Origin: Vicinamibacteria bacterium
Lineage (GTDB): Bacteria; Acidobacteriota; Vicinamibacteria; Marinacidobacterales; Marinacidobacteraceae
DNA: 64,000 bases
Reading direction: 5' to 3'
Assembly (NCBI GenBank): GCA_963422395.1
Contig: OY729431.1
Span: 1,120,001-1,184,000, forward strand
A program made the translations under genes and the position numbers. Shown here piece by piece: positions 54,735 to 64,000 of this stretch. Numbering within the stretch: position 1 is the first letter of the stretch; each line of letters starts with the position of its first letter. Below the pieces are notes generated by a model. The model worked only from the letters and a program-made list of their open reading frames with translations. It was not told the DNA's origin and searched no databases.

Positions 54735-55748
54735 ATGACCCGCATCCCCATACCCGGGGAAGGTGGTCTCGCCTTCTTCGGCATCCGCGACCGCAACCTG
54801 CGCGCGCTCGAAGAGATCCTCGGGCTCACCCTGTCCAGTCGGGGAGAGGTGCTGCTCGCCGAGGGACCCGAGGATCAGATCGCGCTGCTCGCCGCGGCGC
54901 TCGAGGGCCTTGCGGCACTCCACCGTGACCTGGACCAGCGCTACCGGATGGCGGACCTGCGCGCTGCCCTCCGTATCCTGGGGCAGGATCCCGGCGCGTC
55001 CTTGCGCGAGTATTTCATCGAAACCGTGATCAACCCGTCGCCCGGGAAGGCGGTGCGGCCCCGCAGCTTGCGCCAACTCGAATATATCCGGGCGCTGCGG
55101 GCCAAGGACCTGGTGCTGGGGGTCGGCCCCGCGGGTACCGGCAAGACCTGGCTCGCGATGGCGGTGGCGGTGGAGGCGCTCAAAAGCCAGCAGGTGCGCC
55201 GCATCGTCCTCACTCGGCCGGCGGTCGAGGCAGGAGAAAAACTCGGCTTCCTGCCAGGCGATCTGATCGACAAGGTGGACCCCTATCTCCGCCCGCTCTA
55301 CGACGCTCTTCACGACATGATGGATCCCGAAAGAGCGCAGCGGCTCCGGGAACGGGGAGTGATCGAGATCGCGCCCATCGCCTTCATGCGGGGAAGGACC
55401 CTCAACGACGCATTCATCATCCTCGACGAGGCGCAGAACACGACTTCGGAGCAGATGAAGATGTTCCTCACCCGCATGGGCAACGGGACTCGCGCGGTGG
55501 TCACCGGGGACATCACTCAGAACGACCTCCCGCCGGGGCGGATCAGCGGGCTCGTGGAATCGCTCGAAGTGATCGGCCATCTCGAAGGTGTCGGGCTCGT
55601 ACAGCTGGAAGAGAGCGATGTCGTCCGCCACCGGCTCGTCCAGGCCATCGTCCGCGCCTACGCCCGAAGCGAACAGGCGCGAAAGCGGTCCCGGCCCCAG
55701 GCAGGCTTCGAGGTTCGGCCGGCCCTCGCAGCCGGCACCTCCGGATGA
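54735..55748 (+). CDS. phoH: PhoH-family ATPase
   Basis: GPAGTGKT, RPAVEAGEKLGFLPGD, MRGRTL, DEAQN, VVRHRLV. Confidence 0.95.
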   Translation: MTRIPIPGEGGLAFFGIRDRNLRALEEILGLTLSSRGEVLLAEGPEDQIALLAAALEGLAALHRDLDQRYRMADLRAALRILGQDPGASLREYFIETVINPSPGKAVRPRSLRQLEYIRALRAKDLVLGVGPAGTGKTWLAMAVAVEALKSQQVRRIVLTRPAVEAGEKLGFLPGDLIDKVDPYLRPLYDALHDMMDPERAQRLRERGVIEIAPIAFMRGRTLNDAFIILDEAQNTTSEQMKMFLTRMGNGTRAVVTGDITQNDLPPGRISGLVESLEVIGHLEGVGLVQLEESDVVRHRLVQAIVRAYARSEQARKRSRPQAGFEVRPALAAGTSG

Positions 55749-55761
55749 CGACCGCCGCGCG

Positions 55762-58008
55762 ATGATGGGCCGGCAGCCCGCTTCCCGTCTGTCGCTGCGC
55801 TCTCTCGCACTCCGCGCCCGCGACGCGCTCTTCGAGCGGACCCGGCTCGTCGTATCCCTTTTCGCCCTCGCTATCGGGCTTCTCATCTGGCCGGGGCTCG
55901 GCCTCCGGGCGCCCCTCTACGAAATCGGGCAGGTCGCTCCGCGCACCGTCCGCGCTGCGAGCGATCTGACCTACGAGGACGCTGCGGCCACCGAGATGCG
56001 ACGGCGAGAGGCCGTGGAACTAGTGCCGGATGTGTATGACTTCGACGCCCAGGCCCGGGAGCGGGTGCGCTCGCAGATCGCCCGGGCTTTCGAGTTCGGG
56101 AGGGCGGCGTTCGAATCCGGAACGGCCGGAGATCCGGAGTTCTCCGAGACCTTCGCGGTGACCCTGGGCTCCGAAGTGACCGCGCTCGAAATGCAGCTCC
56201 TGGTCGAGCTCGAGTTCGCCGAGGAAGTGGAACAGAGTCTCGCCGATACGGTGGCCAGCCTTCTCGCCCGCGACATCCTGCGGCAGAAGGGGGCGCTGGC
56301 GGCGCTCGGTCGGCCGATCCAGCGCCACGATGCTGAAAGCGGGCAGTCGACCGTCCTCGTGGACTATTCCAATGCCCTCTCCCTCGAGGAAGCCCGCGAG
56401 GCAGCCCGACTGCAGATTCTCGCGCTCTCCGATCTGAGCCGCACCCGCCGCCAGGCGCTCGCCGAGTTCGGGGCGTCGCTCCTCATGCCGACTCTCGAGC
56501 GGGACGAGGTGGAAACCCTCCACCTGCGCAGTGAGGCGGAGCGGACGGTGGACCCGGTCGTCATCCAGGTGCGCCGCGGGCGGACCATCGTGCGGGCCGG
56601 CGACGAGGTCACCGAGCTGGCACACCGCCAACTCCAGGAGATGCGGGCTCCGGAGGTGGGGGCTTCCGGCTGGGCAGGGGGCGGGGCGATGGTTTTCGCG
56701 CTGGTGCTCGTGCTGCTCCTGCAAACGCTGCTGATTCCCGCACGAACCGTCCGGCGTTGGCAGGTTCTCGCCTTCGTCATGGCCGGGACGGTGATCGTGC
56801 TCCATCTCGGCCTCACCCGAATCCTCGGATTCCTGGGCCGCGCGGTGGCCGCCCAGATGGTCAGCGAGCCTTTCTCCGATCCGTCGGTCTATGTCTGGGT
56901 GGTCCCTTTCGCCTCGGCGGCGCTCCTGATGGTGATCCTCGAGAATCAGCCGTCGGCGGTCGTCACCCAGACCCTCTTCGCCACCGCGCTGGCGCTGATG
57001 ACCGGGAACCTCACTCTCGGCCTCTTCGCGCTGATGACCGGCTTCGCTGCGATCTTCTTCTACCAACGCTCGGAACGGCGGGCGCAACTGCTCGGAGTCG
57101 GCGCGCTCGTGGGCCTGACCGGCGCTGGACTCATCATCGCCATGGAACTGGTGCGCGGTGGGTTCGAGGGGGTTCCCCGGCTGTCCCTGGAGGCGGCGAG
57201 TGCGTTCTTCGCCGGGCTGCTCTCCGCCCCGCTGGTCATCCTGCTCCTTCCGCTCTTCGAAGTGCTCTTCGAGCGGACGAGTGAAATGCGCCTGATGGAG
57301 CTTTCGCAGCGCGACAATTACGCCCTGCGCCAGCTGGCGCTCAGCGCTCCGGGCACCTACCAGCACAGCGTCACGGTAGGGATGCTCTCGGAAACCGCTG
57401 CCAATGAGATCGGGGCGAACGGGGCCTTTTGCGCTACCGCGGCGCTCTACCACGACATCGGCAAGCTGCACCGCGCCGGATACTTCGTCGAGAACACGCG
57501 CGGCGAAACGCCGCACGATCAGCTGGCCCCGGAGAAGAGCGCCGACATCATCCGCAAACATGTGACCGAGGGGGTCGAGACCGCCGAGCGATTGAATCTC
57601 CCGAAAGACATCGTGGATGTGATCCCCCAGCACCACGGCACCCGGATCATCCGGGTCTTCTACGAAAAGGCGAAGGCGGCGGCGGCGGAGAACGGACACC
57701 CTGTCGATGAGAGCTGCTTCCGCTACGACGGCCCGAAGCCCCAGACTCGGGAAGCGGCGATCATCATGATCGCGGACAGCGTCGAGGCCGCCGCCCGCAG
57801 CCTCAAGGATCCGACTCGATCCGAATTCGAGCAGGTGATCGACAGGATCAGCGAAGCGATCGTCCAGGACGATCAGCTCACCGAATGCGACCTCACCCTG
57901 AGCGACATGGACCGCATCCGGAGGAGTTTTCTCGCGACCCTCGAAGGGGTCCATCACGAACGGTTGCCGTATCCGGGGTTCGATTTCAGGAAGCGGCCGC
58001 GTGGGTGA
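55762..58008 (+). CDS. 7TM-HD phosphohydrolase (PgpH-like c-di-AMP phosphodiesterase family)
   Basis: N-TM, extracellular domain, about 7 TMs, APGTYQHS, YHDIGK, QHHGT, ADSVEAA. Confidence 0.9.
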   Translation: MMGRQPASRLSLRSLALRARDALFERTRLVVSLFALAIGLLIWPGLGLRAPLYEIGQVAPRTVRAASDLTYEDAAATEMRRREAVELVPDVYDFDAQARERVRSQIARAFEFGRAAFESGTAGDPEFSETFAVTLGSEVTALEMQLLVELEFAEEVEQSLADTVASLLARDILRQKGALAALGRPIQRHDAESGQSTVLVDYSNALSLEEAREAARLQILALSDLSRTRRQALAEFGASLLMPTLERDEVETLHLRSEAERTVDPVVIQVRRGRTIVRAGDEVTELAHRQLQEMRAPEVGASGWAGGGAMVFALVLVLLLQTLLIPARTVRRWQVLAFVMAGTVIVLHLGLTRILGFLGRAVAAQMVSEPFSDPSVYVWVVPFASAALLMVILENQPSAVVTQTLFATALALMTGNLTLGLFALMTGFAAIFFYQRSERRAQLLGVGALVGLTGAGLIIAMELVRGGFEGVPRLSLEAASAFFAGLLSAPLVILLLPLFEVLFERTSEMRLMELSQRDNYALRQLALSAPGTYQHSVTVGMLSETAANEIGANGAFCATAALYHDIGKLHRAGYFVENTRGETPHDQLAPEKSADIIRKHVTEGVETAERLNLPKDIVDVIPQHHGTRIIRVFYEKAKAAAAENGHPVDESCFRYDGPKPQTREAAIIMIADSVEAAARSLKDPTRSEFEQVIDRISEAIVQDDQLTECDLTLSDMDRIRRSFLATLEGVHHERLPYPGFDFRKRPRG

Positions 58009-58528
58009 AATCGGAGGCGCCGCGGTTCTCGGAAACGGGGCTTGCGAAAGCGCGGACGGAGAGGATCACCCCCCCGAACCGGCGCGGTTCGTGATCCAGA
58101 ACCGCCAGCGCGCCCTCCCGGTGGACCGGCGGGGCCTGGCGGATTTCCTCGAAGGCGTTGCGGACGATGTCGCACCGGGAGATCGACGCGGTGCGACCGT
58201 GCGGATCGTTCCCGACGAGGGCATCCGCCTGCTGAACCGGTGCTATCGGAATCGGGATGGCCCCACCGATGTGCTCGCTTTTCCCGCCGATCCGTTTCCG
58301 CCCGGGGAGCCCCCCTATCTCGGCGATCTGGTGATCTCGGCGGAAACGGCGGTGCGGCAGGCCCGCGCGCGCGGCTGGCCGCTTCATGTCGAGCTGCGCA
58401 CGCTGGCGCTCCACGGATTGCTCCACCTGTTCGGATACGACCATGAGCGGGACCACGGCGAGATGGCCCGCCTCGAACGCCTCCTTCGCCGTCGGCACGG
58501 CTTGGATGCCCGGGGAGGCTCCGAGTGA
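58001..58528 (+). CDS. ybeY: rRNA maturation endoribonuclease
   Basis: TDVLAF, LGDLVIS, HGLLHLFGYDH. Confidence 0.95.
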   Translation: MGEIGGAAVLGNGACESADGEDHPPEPARFVIQNRQRALPVDRRGLADFLEGVADDVAPGDRRGATVRIVPDEGIRLLNRCYRNRDGPTDVLAFPADPFPPGEPPYLGDLVISAETAVRQARARGWPLHVELRTLALHGLLHLFGYDHERDHGEMARLERLLRRRHGLDARGGSE

Positions 58529-59772
58529 CGCTCATGTGGATCCTGGGCCTTGCGGCCGCCGCCGGGCTCGTCGCTCTCTTCGCGCTCTTCGAGATCGCCT
58601 TCTTCGCGTCCGGCCCGATCGTCATCCGCGCCTTGGGGGAAGGGGTGGAAGAGGGAAGAACCCTTCGGGAGCGTCTCGCCGATCCAATCGCGATACTCCT
58701 TCCGGCCCGTCTGGGCCTCTTGACCGCCGCAGCGCTCGCGGTGGCGGCTCTCGACGGGTTGGGCCTCGGGAGGTCCCCGTTCCTCTGGGGGGTCGGGCTC
58801 TTCCTTCCCGGCTGGTTCGTCTTCCGGGAGCTCGTTCCGGCGGCGGTATTGCTCCGCGATCCCGAAGATGTGCTGCCGCCGCTGCTGCCGTGGTTTCGGA
58901 GGTGGGAACGCTTGGTCCGACCCGTCGCCGAGCCGCTCCGCCGTCTGCTGCGGCGAGGGGTTCCGCTTTCCGCCGAGCCGGACGACGAGGCGTCCGAGGA
59001 GGAAGTCGAAGCGTTTTTGGAGACCGGCGAAGAGGAAGGCATTCTGGAAGCGGAGGAGGCGGCCATGGTGCGGGGAGTGCTCGAACTCGACGAGATGCTC
59101 GTGCGCGAGGTCATGACTCCCCGTCCGAATGTCGTCTCGGTGTCCGGTGAGGCCGGGCGCCCCGAGGTCGAGACCCTGATCGCGGGGAGCCGCCACCACC
59201 GCATCCCGGTATTCGGCGCGAGGGATCAGGTGTTCGGAGTGGTGGACGCGGTGGACCTCATCGCGGTTCCGCAGGACGGCGGCGGGCTCGACTCGCTGCT
59301 GCGCGAGGTTCCGGTGGTTCCGGAGACCAAGCGGGTGGACGACCTGCTGCGTGAGTTCAAGCTGACGAAGCAGACTTTCGCCGTGGTGGTGGACGAGCAC
59401 GCGAGCGTTTCCGGAATCGTCACTCTGCGTGACATCTCCGAAGAGATCGTCGGAGAGGTGCGCGAGGACCCCGGTCCGGAAGAGGCCGACCTCATCCCCG
59501 AGCCCGGTGGATCTTTCCTGGTCCGGGGCGGGGCCGAACTCGACGGCGTGGCCCAGGCGACCGGTTTTTCCTTCCCCGAGTCCCTCAACGGAGCGTCCTT
59601 CGACACCATGTCCGGTTTCGTGCTGGCGGCCTGGCGCCGGATTCCCGCGGCAGGCGAGATGATCGAGCGGGACGGGATCACCATCGAGGTCGTGGATGCG
59701 GATGAACGGCGAATCCACCGGGTGCGCATCACCCCCGCCGGCGCCCTCGGCACACCGCGGGCAACCTCCTGA
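58525..59772 (+). CDS. hemolysin-family CNNM/CBS/CorC protein
   Basis: TM DUF21-like N-term, VREVMTPR, VPETK, VVDEH, EEIVGE, CorC_HlyC C-term. Confidence 0.88.
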   Translation: MTLMWILGLAAAAGLVALFALFEIAFFASGPIVIRALGEGVEEGRTLRERLADPIAILLPARLGLLTAAALAVAALDGLGLGRSPFLWGVGLFLPGWFVFRELVPAAVLLRDPEDVLPPLLPWFRRWERLVRPVAEPLRRLLRRGVPLSAEPDDEASEEEVEAFLETGEEEGILEAEEAAMVRGVLELDEMLVREVMTPRPNVVSVSGEAGRPEVETLIAGSRHHRIPVFGARDQVFGVVDAVDLIAVPQDGGGLDSLLREVPVVPETKRVDDLLREFKLTKQTFAVVVDEHASVSGIVTLRDISEEIVGEVREDPGPEEADLIPEPGGSFLVRGGAELDGVAQATGFSFPESLNGASFDTMSGFVLAAWRRIPAAGEMIERDGITIEVVDADERRIHRVRITPAGALGTPRATS

Positions 59773-60738
59773 ATGGAGCCTCCACCGGCCGAATTGCCGG
59801 AGCTTCTCGCGGACACCGGTCATCGGGCCGGTTTCGTCGCCATCATCGGCCTTCCTGGAGCGGGGAAGTCCACTCTCCTGAACCGTCTCGTCGGTCAGCA
59901 GCTCGCGATCGTCAGCCCGAAGCCTCAGACCACCCGCCGTAGAATTCTGGGGATCGCCCGCCGCCCCGGCGTCGAGATGATCCTGCTCGACACTCCGGGA
60001 ATCCATCGGCCGCGCACCGGTCTCGGGCGCGTCATGATGCGCACTGTCACCCAGAGTCTCGGAGGAGCCGATCTGGCGCTTTGTGTGGTGGACGGCACGA
60101 AACCGGTATCGGGAGGTGTCGCCTCGCTGTTCCGACGCCTCGATGGCTTTCCCGGCCCGCAGGTCGTCGGCATCAACAAGATCGATGCGGCGCCGCCAGC
60201 CCGGATCCGGGAGCTCCTGGCTTTTTGCCGGGAACGCCGCCCGGACGGGGTCCTCGCCTTCTCGGCGCGCACCGGCGCGGGTGTGGAAGGCGGCGGACCG
60301 GACGGGGGCGTTCCCGCGCCCCTCGTCGAGACCCTCGTGGACCGCCTGCCGTTGAGCCCGCCGCTCTACGCCGAAGATCAGATCACGGATCTCCCCGAAG
60401 CGTTCTTCGCGTCCGAGATCGTGCGCGAGCGGCTCCTGGGGAACCTGCGTCAGGAGGTGCCCCATGCAGCAGCGGTCCGGATCGAGGGATACGACCACCG
60501 CGGCGATCTGGTGCGCATCGCCGCTTCCCTGCTGCTCGACCGCGATTCGCAGCGCGGTATCGTGATCGGCCGCTCCGGCCGGATGCTGAAGCGCATCGGG
60601 ACCGAGGCGCGCCTCGCGATCGAAAAACGGCTCGGCAGGCGCGTCTTCCTGGATCTCACGGTCAAGGTGCGGGCAGGCTGGCGGGACAACCCCGGAATCC
60701 TCCGGGATGTCCTTGACTGGCCGGGGGATTCCGCCTAA
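59773..60738 (+). CDS. era: GTPase Era
   Basis: GLPGAGKST, PQTTR, DTPG, NKID, KH domain VIGRSG. Confidence 0.96.
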   Translation: MEPPPAELPELLADTGHRAGFVAIIGLPGAGKSTLLNRLVGQQLAIVSPKPQTTRRRILGIARRPGVEMILLDTPGIHRPRTGLGRVMMRTVTQSLGGADLALCVVDGTKPVSGGVASLFRRLDGFPGPQVVGINKIDAAPPARIRELLAFCRERRPDGVLAFSARTGAGVEGGGPDGGVPAPLVETLVDRLPLSPPLYAEDQITDLPEAFFASEIVRERLLGNLRQEVPHAAAVRIEGYDHRGDLVRIAASLLLDRDSQRGIVIGRSGRMLKRIGTEARLAIEKRLGRRVFLDLTVKVRAGWRDNPGILRDVLDWPGDSA

Positions 60739-60741
60739 AAT
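60713..60741 (+). promoter_or_regulatory. sigma70 promoter of rpsP operon, overlapping era 3' end
   Basis: TTGACT-N17-TAAAAT. Confidence 0.75.
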
Positions 60742-60795
60742 TCCCCTCTCCCGGATGGGTGCAGCGGTGCCCTTCGGGATTCGAGTCCCCCTACT

Positions 60796-61113
60796 ATGCT
60801 GAACATCAGGCTTGCCAGGACCGGCCGGAAGCGCGATGCCCATTTCCGGGTCGTTATCTCGGATTCCGTCCAGGGGCGGGTGGGGCGCATCGTGGAAACC
60901 GTGGGCCATTACCACCCGCGGCTGCCCAACGACGCGGAGGATCGGCTCCACATCGATCGGGACCGGGTTCGCTACTGGCTCGGGAACGGGGCGAAGCCGA
61001 GCCCTACGGTACGGAGTTTCCTGAAGGGTCTGTCCACCGATCCGATCGATTCTGCTCCGGAAAGACTCGAAGAAACAGAAGAGACACTCGAACCGGCCAG
61101 CCAGACCGGGTAG
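60796..61113 (+). CDS. rpsP: 30S ribosomal protein S16
   Basis: IRLARTG, VGHYHP, YWLGNGAKPSPTV. Confidence 0.96.
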   Translation: MLNIRLARTGRKRDAHFRVVISDSVQGRVGRIVETVGHYHPRLPNDAEDRLHIDRDRVRYWLGNGAKPSPTVRSFLKGLSTDPIDSAPERLEETEETLEPASQTG

Positions 61114-61311
61114 CGCGGTCGGAAGCGGTCCCGGGTCGCGCCGGGTCTTGGATCGCCGATACTGGCGGAGGCGGCCTTGCTGACAATCCCTCGGAACGAC
61201 ATCCTCTGAAGAGTTGCTGACGAGCTCCTGAAGAATCCCTTACGGATCGAATTCCCCACCGGACGAGCGTGACCAGGGATCCGGGGACCCGAACGGAAGG
61301 CATTCAGGATC

Positions 61312-61908
61312 ATGGCTCGCACCGAAACGCCCCCGAATTCCGAATCTCCTCCGGGTGTCGCATCGCCTGCGGAGCGTGAAACCGCCGATGTAGTCGTCGG
61401 GCGGATCGTCCGGCCTTTCGGCAGGCAGGGCGAGGTCGTCGTCGAGCCGCTGGTCGACGACCCCGGCCGTTTCCTCGAACTCGCCGCCGCCGAGGTCGGC
61501 CGCGCCGGGGTCGAGGGCGTGCGGCGCACCCTCGATTCGGTGCGCCTCCACAAGGGGCGCCCGGTCGTCGGGTTCTCCGGGATCACCGATATCGGCGGGG
61601 CGGAGGGGTTGCGGGGCGCAGAGGTCCGCATCCACTCCACGGAGCGGGCCCCGCTGCCCGAGGGCCGCTTCTACCACGACGATCTGGTCGGCTGTCAGGC
61701 TGAGAGCCCGGAGGGAATCCGGCTCGGCGAGATCGTCGCGGTGGAGGACACCGCAGGCCCCAGCCTGCTCGTCCTCGAAACCCCCGCCGGCTCGGAAGAC
61801 CTGGTTCCTTTCGTCGAGGCGCTCTGCGTCTCGGTGGACCTCGACGAGGCGCGCGTCGTCCTCGATCTGCCGGAAGGCCTCGTCGGCCTCAACAGCCATG
61901 CGCGTTGA
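61312..61908 (+). CDS. rimM: ribosome maturation factor RimM
   Basis: VGRIVRPFGRQGEV, FYHDDLVGC, LVPFV; between rpsP and trmD. Confidence 0.93.
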   Translation: MARTETPPNSESPPGVASPAERETADVVVGRIVRPFGRQGEVVVEPLVDDPGRFLELAAAEVGRAGVEGVRRTLDSVRLHKGRPVVGFSGITDIGGAEGLRGAEVRIHSTERAPLPEGRFYHDDLVGCQAESPEGIRLGEIVAVEDTAGPSLLVLETPAGSEDLVPFVEALCVSVDLDEARVVLDLPEGLVGLNSHAR

Positions 61909-62653
61909 CATCCTGACGCTCTTCCCAGACATGTTCCGCGAGGTCTTCGACCACGGAATCGTCCGGAGGGCGCGGCAGGCGGGGCTCATCGAAATCGGGA
62001 CGCACGCACTCACCGCCTGGACCGGGGGGAGTTTCCAGCGGGCCGACGACGCTCCCTACGGCGGCGGGCCGGGCATGGTGATGCGGGTGGAACCGTTGCT
62101 CGCCGCGGTGGAAGAGATCGCCGAGCTCGACTCGCGTCCGGCCCGGATCGTGCTCCTGTCACCCCGCGGCCGCCCCCTGTGCCAGACCTTCGTCGGGGAA
62201 CTCGCCGGCGAACCGCGGCTGCTGCTGGTCGCGGGACGCTACGAAGGGGTGGACGAGCGCTTCGTGGGGCTTGCGAGAGCGGAGGAGGTTTCCATCGGGG
62301 ACTATGTCCTTTCCGGCGGCGAGATTCCGGCGATGGTCCTGGTGGATGCGGTGACCCGGCTGCTTCCCGGCGCCGTCGGCGGCTCCGATTCGGTCGCCGA
62401 CGAGTCGTTTTCCAATGGGTTGCTGGAACACGCCCAGTACACCCGTCCGCCGATGTTCCGGGGGCAGGCGGTGCCTCCGGTGCTTCTCTCGGGCGATCAC
62501 GAAGCGGTGCGGCGTTTTCGCTTCGAGCAATCCGTGGAGCTGACCCGGCGGCGCCGCCCCGACCTCTACCGATCGTCGCCGGCTGGGTTTCGAGCTCGCC
62601 GGAACCGCTGCGATCCGCGAGGTCTTGACGATTCCAAGGAGAGAACATCATGA
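61898..62653 (+). CDS. trmD: tRNA (guanine37-N1)-methyltransferase
   Basis: DDAPYGGGPGMV, GRYEGVDER, SIGDYVLSGGE, YTRP. Confidence 0.97.
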   Translation: MRVDILTLFPDMFREVFDHGIVRRARQAGLIEIGTHALTAWTGGSFQRADDAPYGGGPGMVMRVEPLLAAVEEIAELDSRPARIVLLSPRGRPLCQTFVGELAGEPRLLLVAGRYEGVDERFVGLARAEEVSIGDYVLSGGEIPAMVLVDAVTRLLPGAVGGSDSVADESFSNGLLEHAQYTRPPMFRGQAVPPVLLSGDHEAVRRFRFEQSVELTRRRRPDLYRSSPAGFRARRNRCDPRGLDDSKERTS

Positions 62654-63123
62654 GTTCGAGCCAGCAGAGAGAGCCTCTCGCCAAGGCTGCGCCTTCCGCT
62701 GCGGAGGCCGGAGCGCTCGCCGTTTCGGCGGAAGATGCGAAAGTCGCTGGGGAGACGGCGCGCCGTCTGTCGCCCGCCGCCGAGGTGATCCGGGCGTTGG
62801 AGGCCGCAGATCTGAAGGCCGACCGACCCGGGCTCCATCCCGGCGATGCGGTCCGGGTCCACGCGACCATCCGCGAGGGAGACCGGGAGCGCATCCAAGT
62901 CTTCGAAGGAATCCTGATCGCCATGAAACACGGCGGCAACCGCCGCACGATCACGGTGCGGAAGACATCCTTCGGAGTGCCCGTCGAGCGGATCTTCCCC
63001 CTGCATTCGCCGCTCATCGCCAAGGTCGAAGTAGTCCGTTCGCACCATGTACGGCGGGCCAAGCTGTATTTCCTGCGCAAGCGCAAGGGCAAGGCAGCCA
63101 GACTCCGCGAAAGGCGTCGTTAA
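62650..63123 (+). CDS. rplS: 50S ribosomal protein L19 with N-terminal extension
   Basis: GDAVRVH, RIQVFEG, VERIFPLHSP, VRRAKLYFLR. Confidence 0.96.
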   Translation: MSSSQQREPLAKAAPSAAEAGALAVSAEDAKVAGETARRLSPAAEVIRALEAADLKADRPGLHPGDAVRVHATIREGDRERIQVFEGILIAMKHGGNRRTITVRKTSFGVPVERIFPLHSPLIAKVEVVRSHHVRRAKLYFLRKRKGKAARLRERRR

Positions 63124-63392
63124 CAGCCCGTGGACAAAGTCACACGGCATTTGCCGAGTAGCGAGGGGCTTCCGGTCGAGGACACCCGATCGGGAACCTC
63201 CCGCTCTCCGGTGTGTTCGCGGGGCCTTCCTGGCTCCGCAGGGAGCACCCGGCGAAAGGCCGGGCGTTGCGATTCGGTCGGAATACGCCCGGTATGCCTC
63301 CCGAATCGCGCCTCGTCCGCCGCGCGCCTCTCCGGTCTCGGGGCTCGCGCCACTTCATCCTCAGACTGCTGGCAGGACGAAGGCACGGACTG
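63124..63392. mobile_element. MITE-like non-coding element with imperfect terminal inverted repeats
   Basis: Left end CAGCCCGTGGACAAAGT after TTAA; right-end candidates ACTTCATCCTCAGACTG (63352-63368) and CACGGACTG-CTAG (63384-63396); internal hairpin GCGATTCGG...CCGAATCGC. Confidence 0.55.
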
Positions 63393-63415
63393 CTAGCGCT
63401 GGCCGCGGCGGGCGG

Positions 63416-64000
63416 GTGTCGTTTCGAGAAGGTTTCGGCGGGCCGTTTCCGGGTTCGCCGCAGCGGGTCGTCTGCTGTGCCATTTCCCGGGTCCGGGAGC
63501 AAACGCCGGTTCGACTCGAAGCGCTCCGCCGGGTCGGGGTGGACTTCTTCCAGCTTCGAGATCGGGAGGTTTCGGATCGCGAGTTCGAGACCTTCCTCGA
63601 ACGGCTGTCCGCCGAAGCCCCGGGAGTGCTCCGGCGAGTGCTCGTGAACGACCGGCTCGCGCTCGCTGCATCCTTTCCGGTGGCCGGGGTTCACCTGCCC
63701 GAGGACGGCCTTCCGATCGCGTCGGTCCGATCTCGGTTTCTTCGGGGCGGCCTGCTGCTCGGACGGTCGGTCCACGGAGTGGAGGGGGCGTGCGCCGCGG
63801 CCCGCGCTGGCGCGGACTATCTGATCCTGGGACCGGTCGCCGCGACGGGGAACAAGTCTCCGCTGCTCCCCGGAACCTTCGGCGAGGCCTGCCGGCGGGT
63901 CCGCATCCCGGTTTGGGTGGTCGGTGGCCTGACGCCGCGAAACCTGGAACCTCTCGCTGGAATCGGCATCTCGGGAATCGCCGCGATCCGCGCTTTCAGG
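63416..64000 (+). CDS. thiamine phosphate synthase (ThiE/TenI) family, 3'-truncated by window
   Basis: FFQLRD, LVNDR, GVHLPE, GRSVH, ADYLILGPV, PVWVVGG, GIAAIRA; absent from ORF track because no stop in window. Confidence 0.88.
   Translation, partial: MSFREGFGGPFPGSPQRVVCCAISRVREQTPVRLEALRRVGVDFFQLRDREVSDREFETFLERLSAEAPGVLRRVLVNDRLALAASFPVAGVHLPEDGLPIASVRSRFLRGGLLLGRSVHGVEGACAAARAGADYLILGPVAATGNKSPLLPGTFGEACRRVRIPVWVVGGLTPRNLEPLAGIGISGIAAIRAFR

Overview
Very GC-rich bacterial chromosomal segment, mostly core genes: clpB, kbl, queG, cysS, ribF, miaA, recG, rsmD-coaD-aminotransferase, icd-mdh-sucCD-ndk-dcd-dut, aspS, phoH-7TM/HD-ybeY-CBS-era, rpsP-rimM-trmD-rplS, partial thiE-like gene, and a tRNA-Gly/Cys/Leu cluster. 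Gene order and the ankyrin remnant suggest an Acidobacteriota-like, possibly host-associated organism (inference only). Accessory features: (i) an operon ECF sigma / anti-sigma / periplasmic helical protein / RND / MFP / RND with an ECF-type promoter, a non-canonical proton relay and an MFP carrying a triple-repeat tail; (ii) an iscA / membrane protein / Tat-exported PLP enzyme / Zn-ribbon membrane protein cluster; (iii) an RsbV-RsbW-RsbU-like module with no sigma factor nearby; (iv) a long structured leader ahead of the icd operon; (v) CTAG/TTAA-flanked MITE or IS ends; (vi) intergenic remnants of decayed genes (ankyrin, type III Res, sigma-70, hsdM, IS1182 transposase, SpoIID, possibly khpA). 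No CRISPR array or rRNA seen. All calls are from motif recognition; no searches were run.
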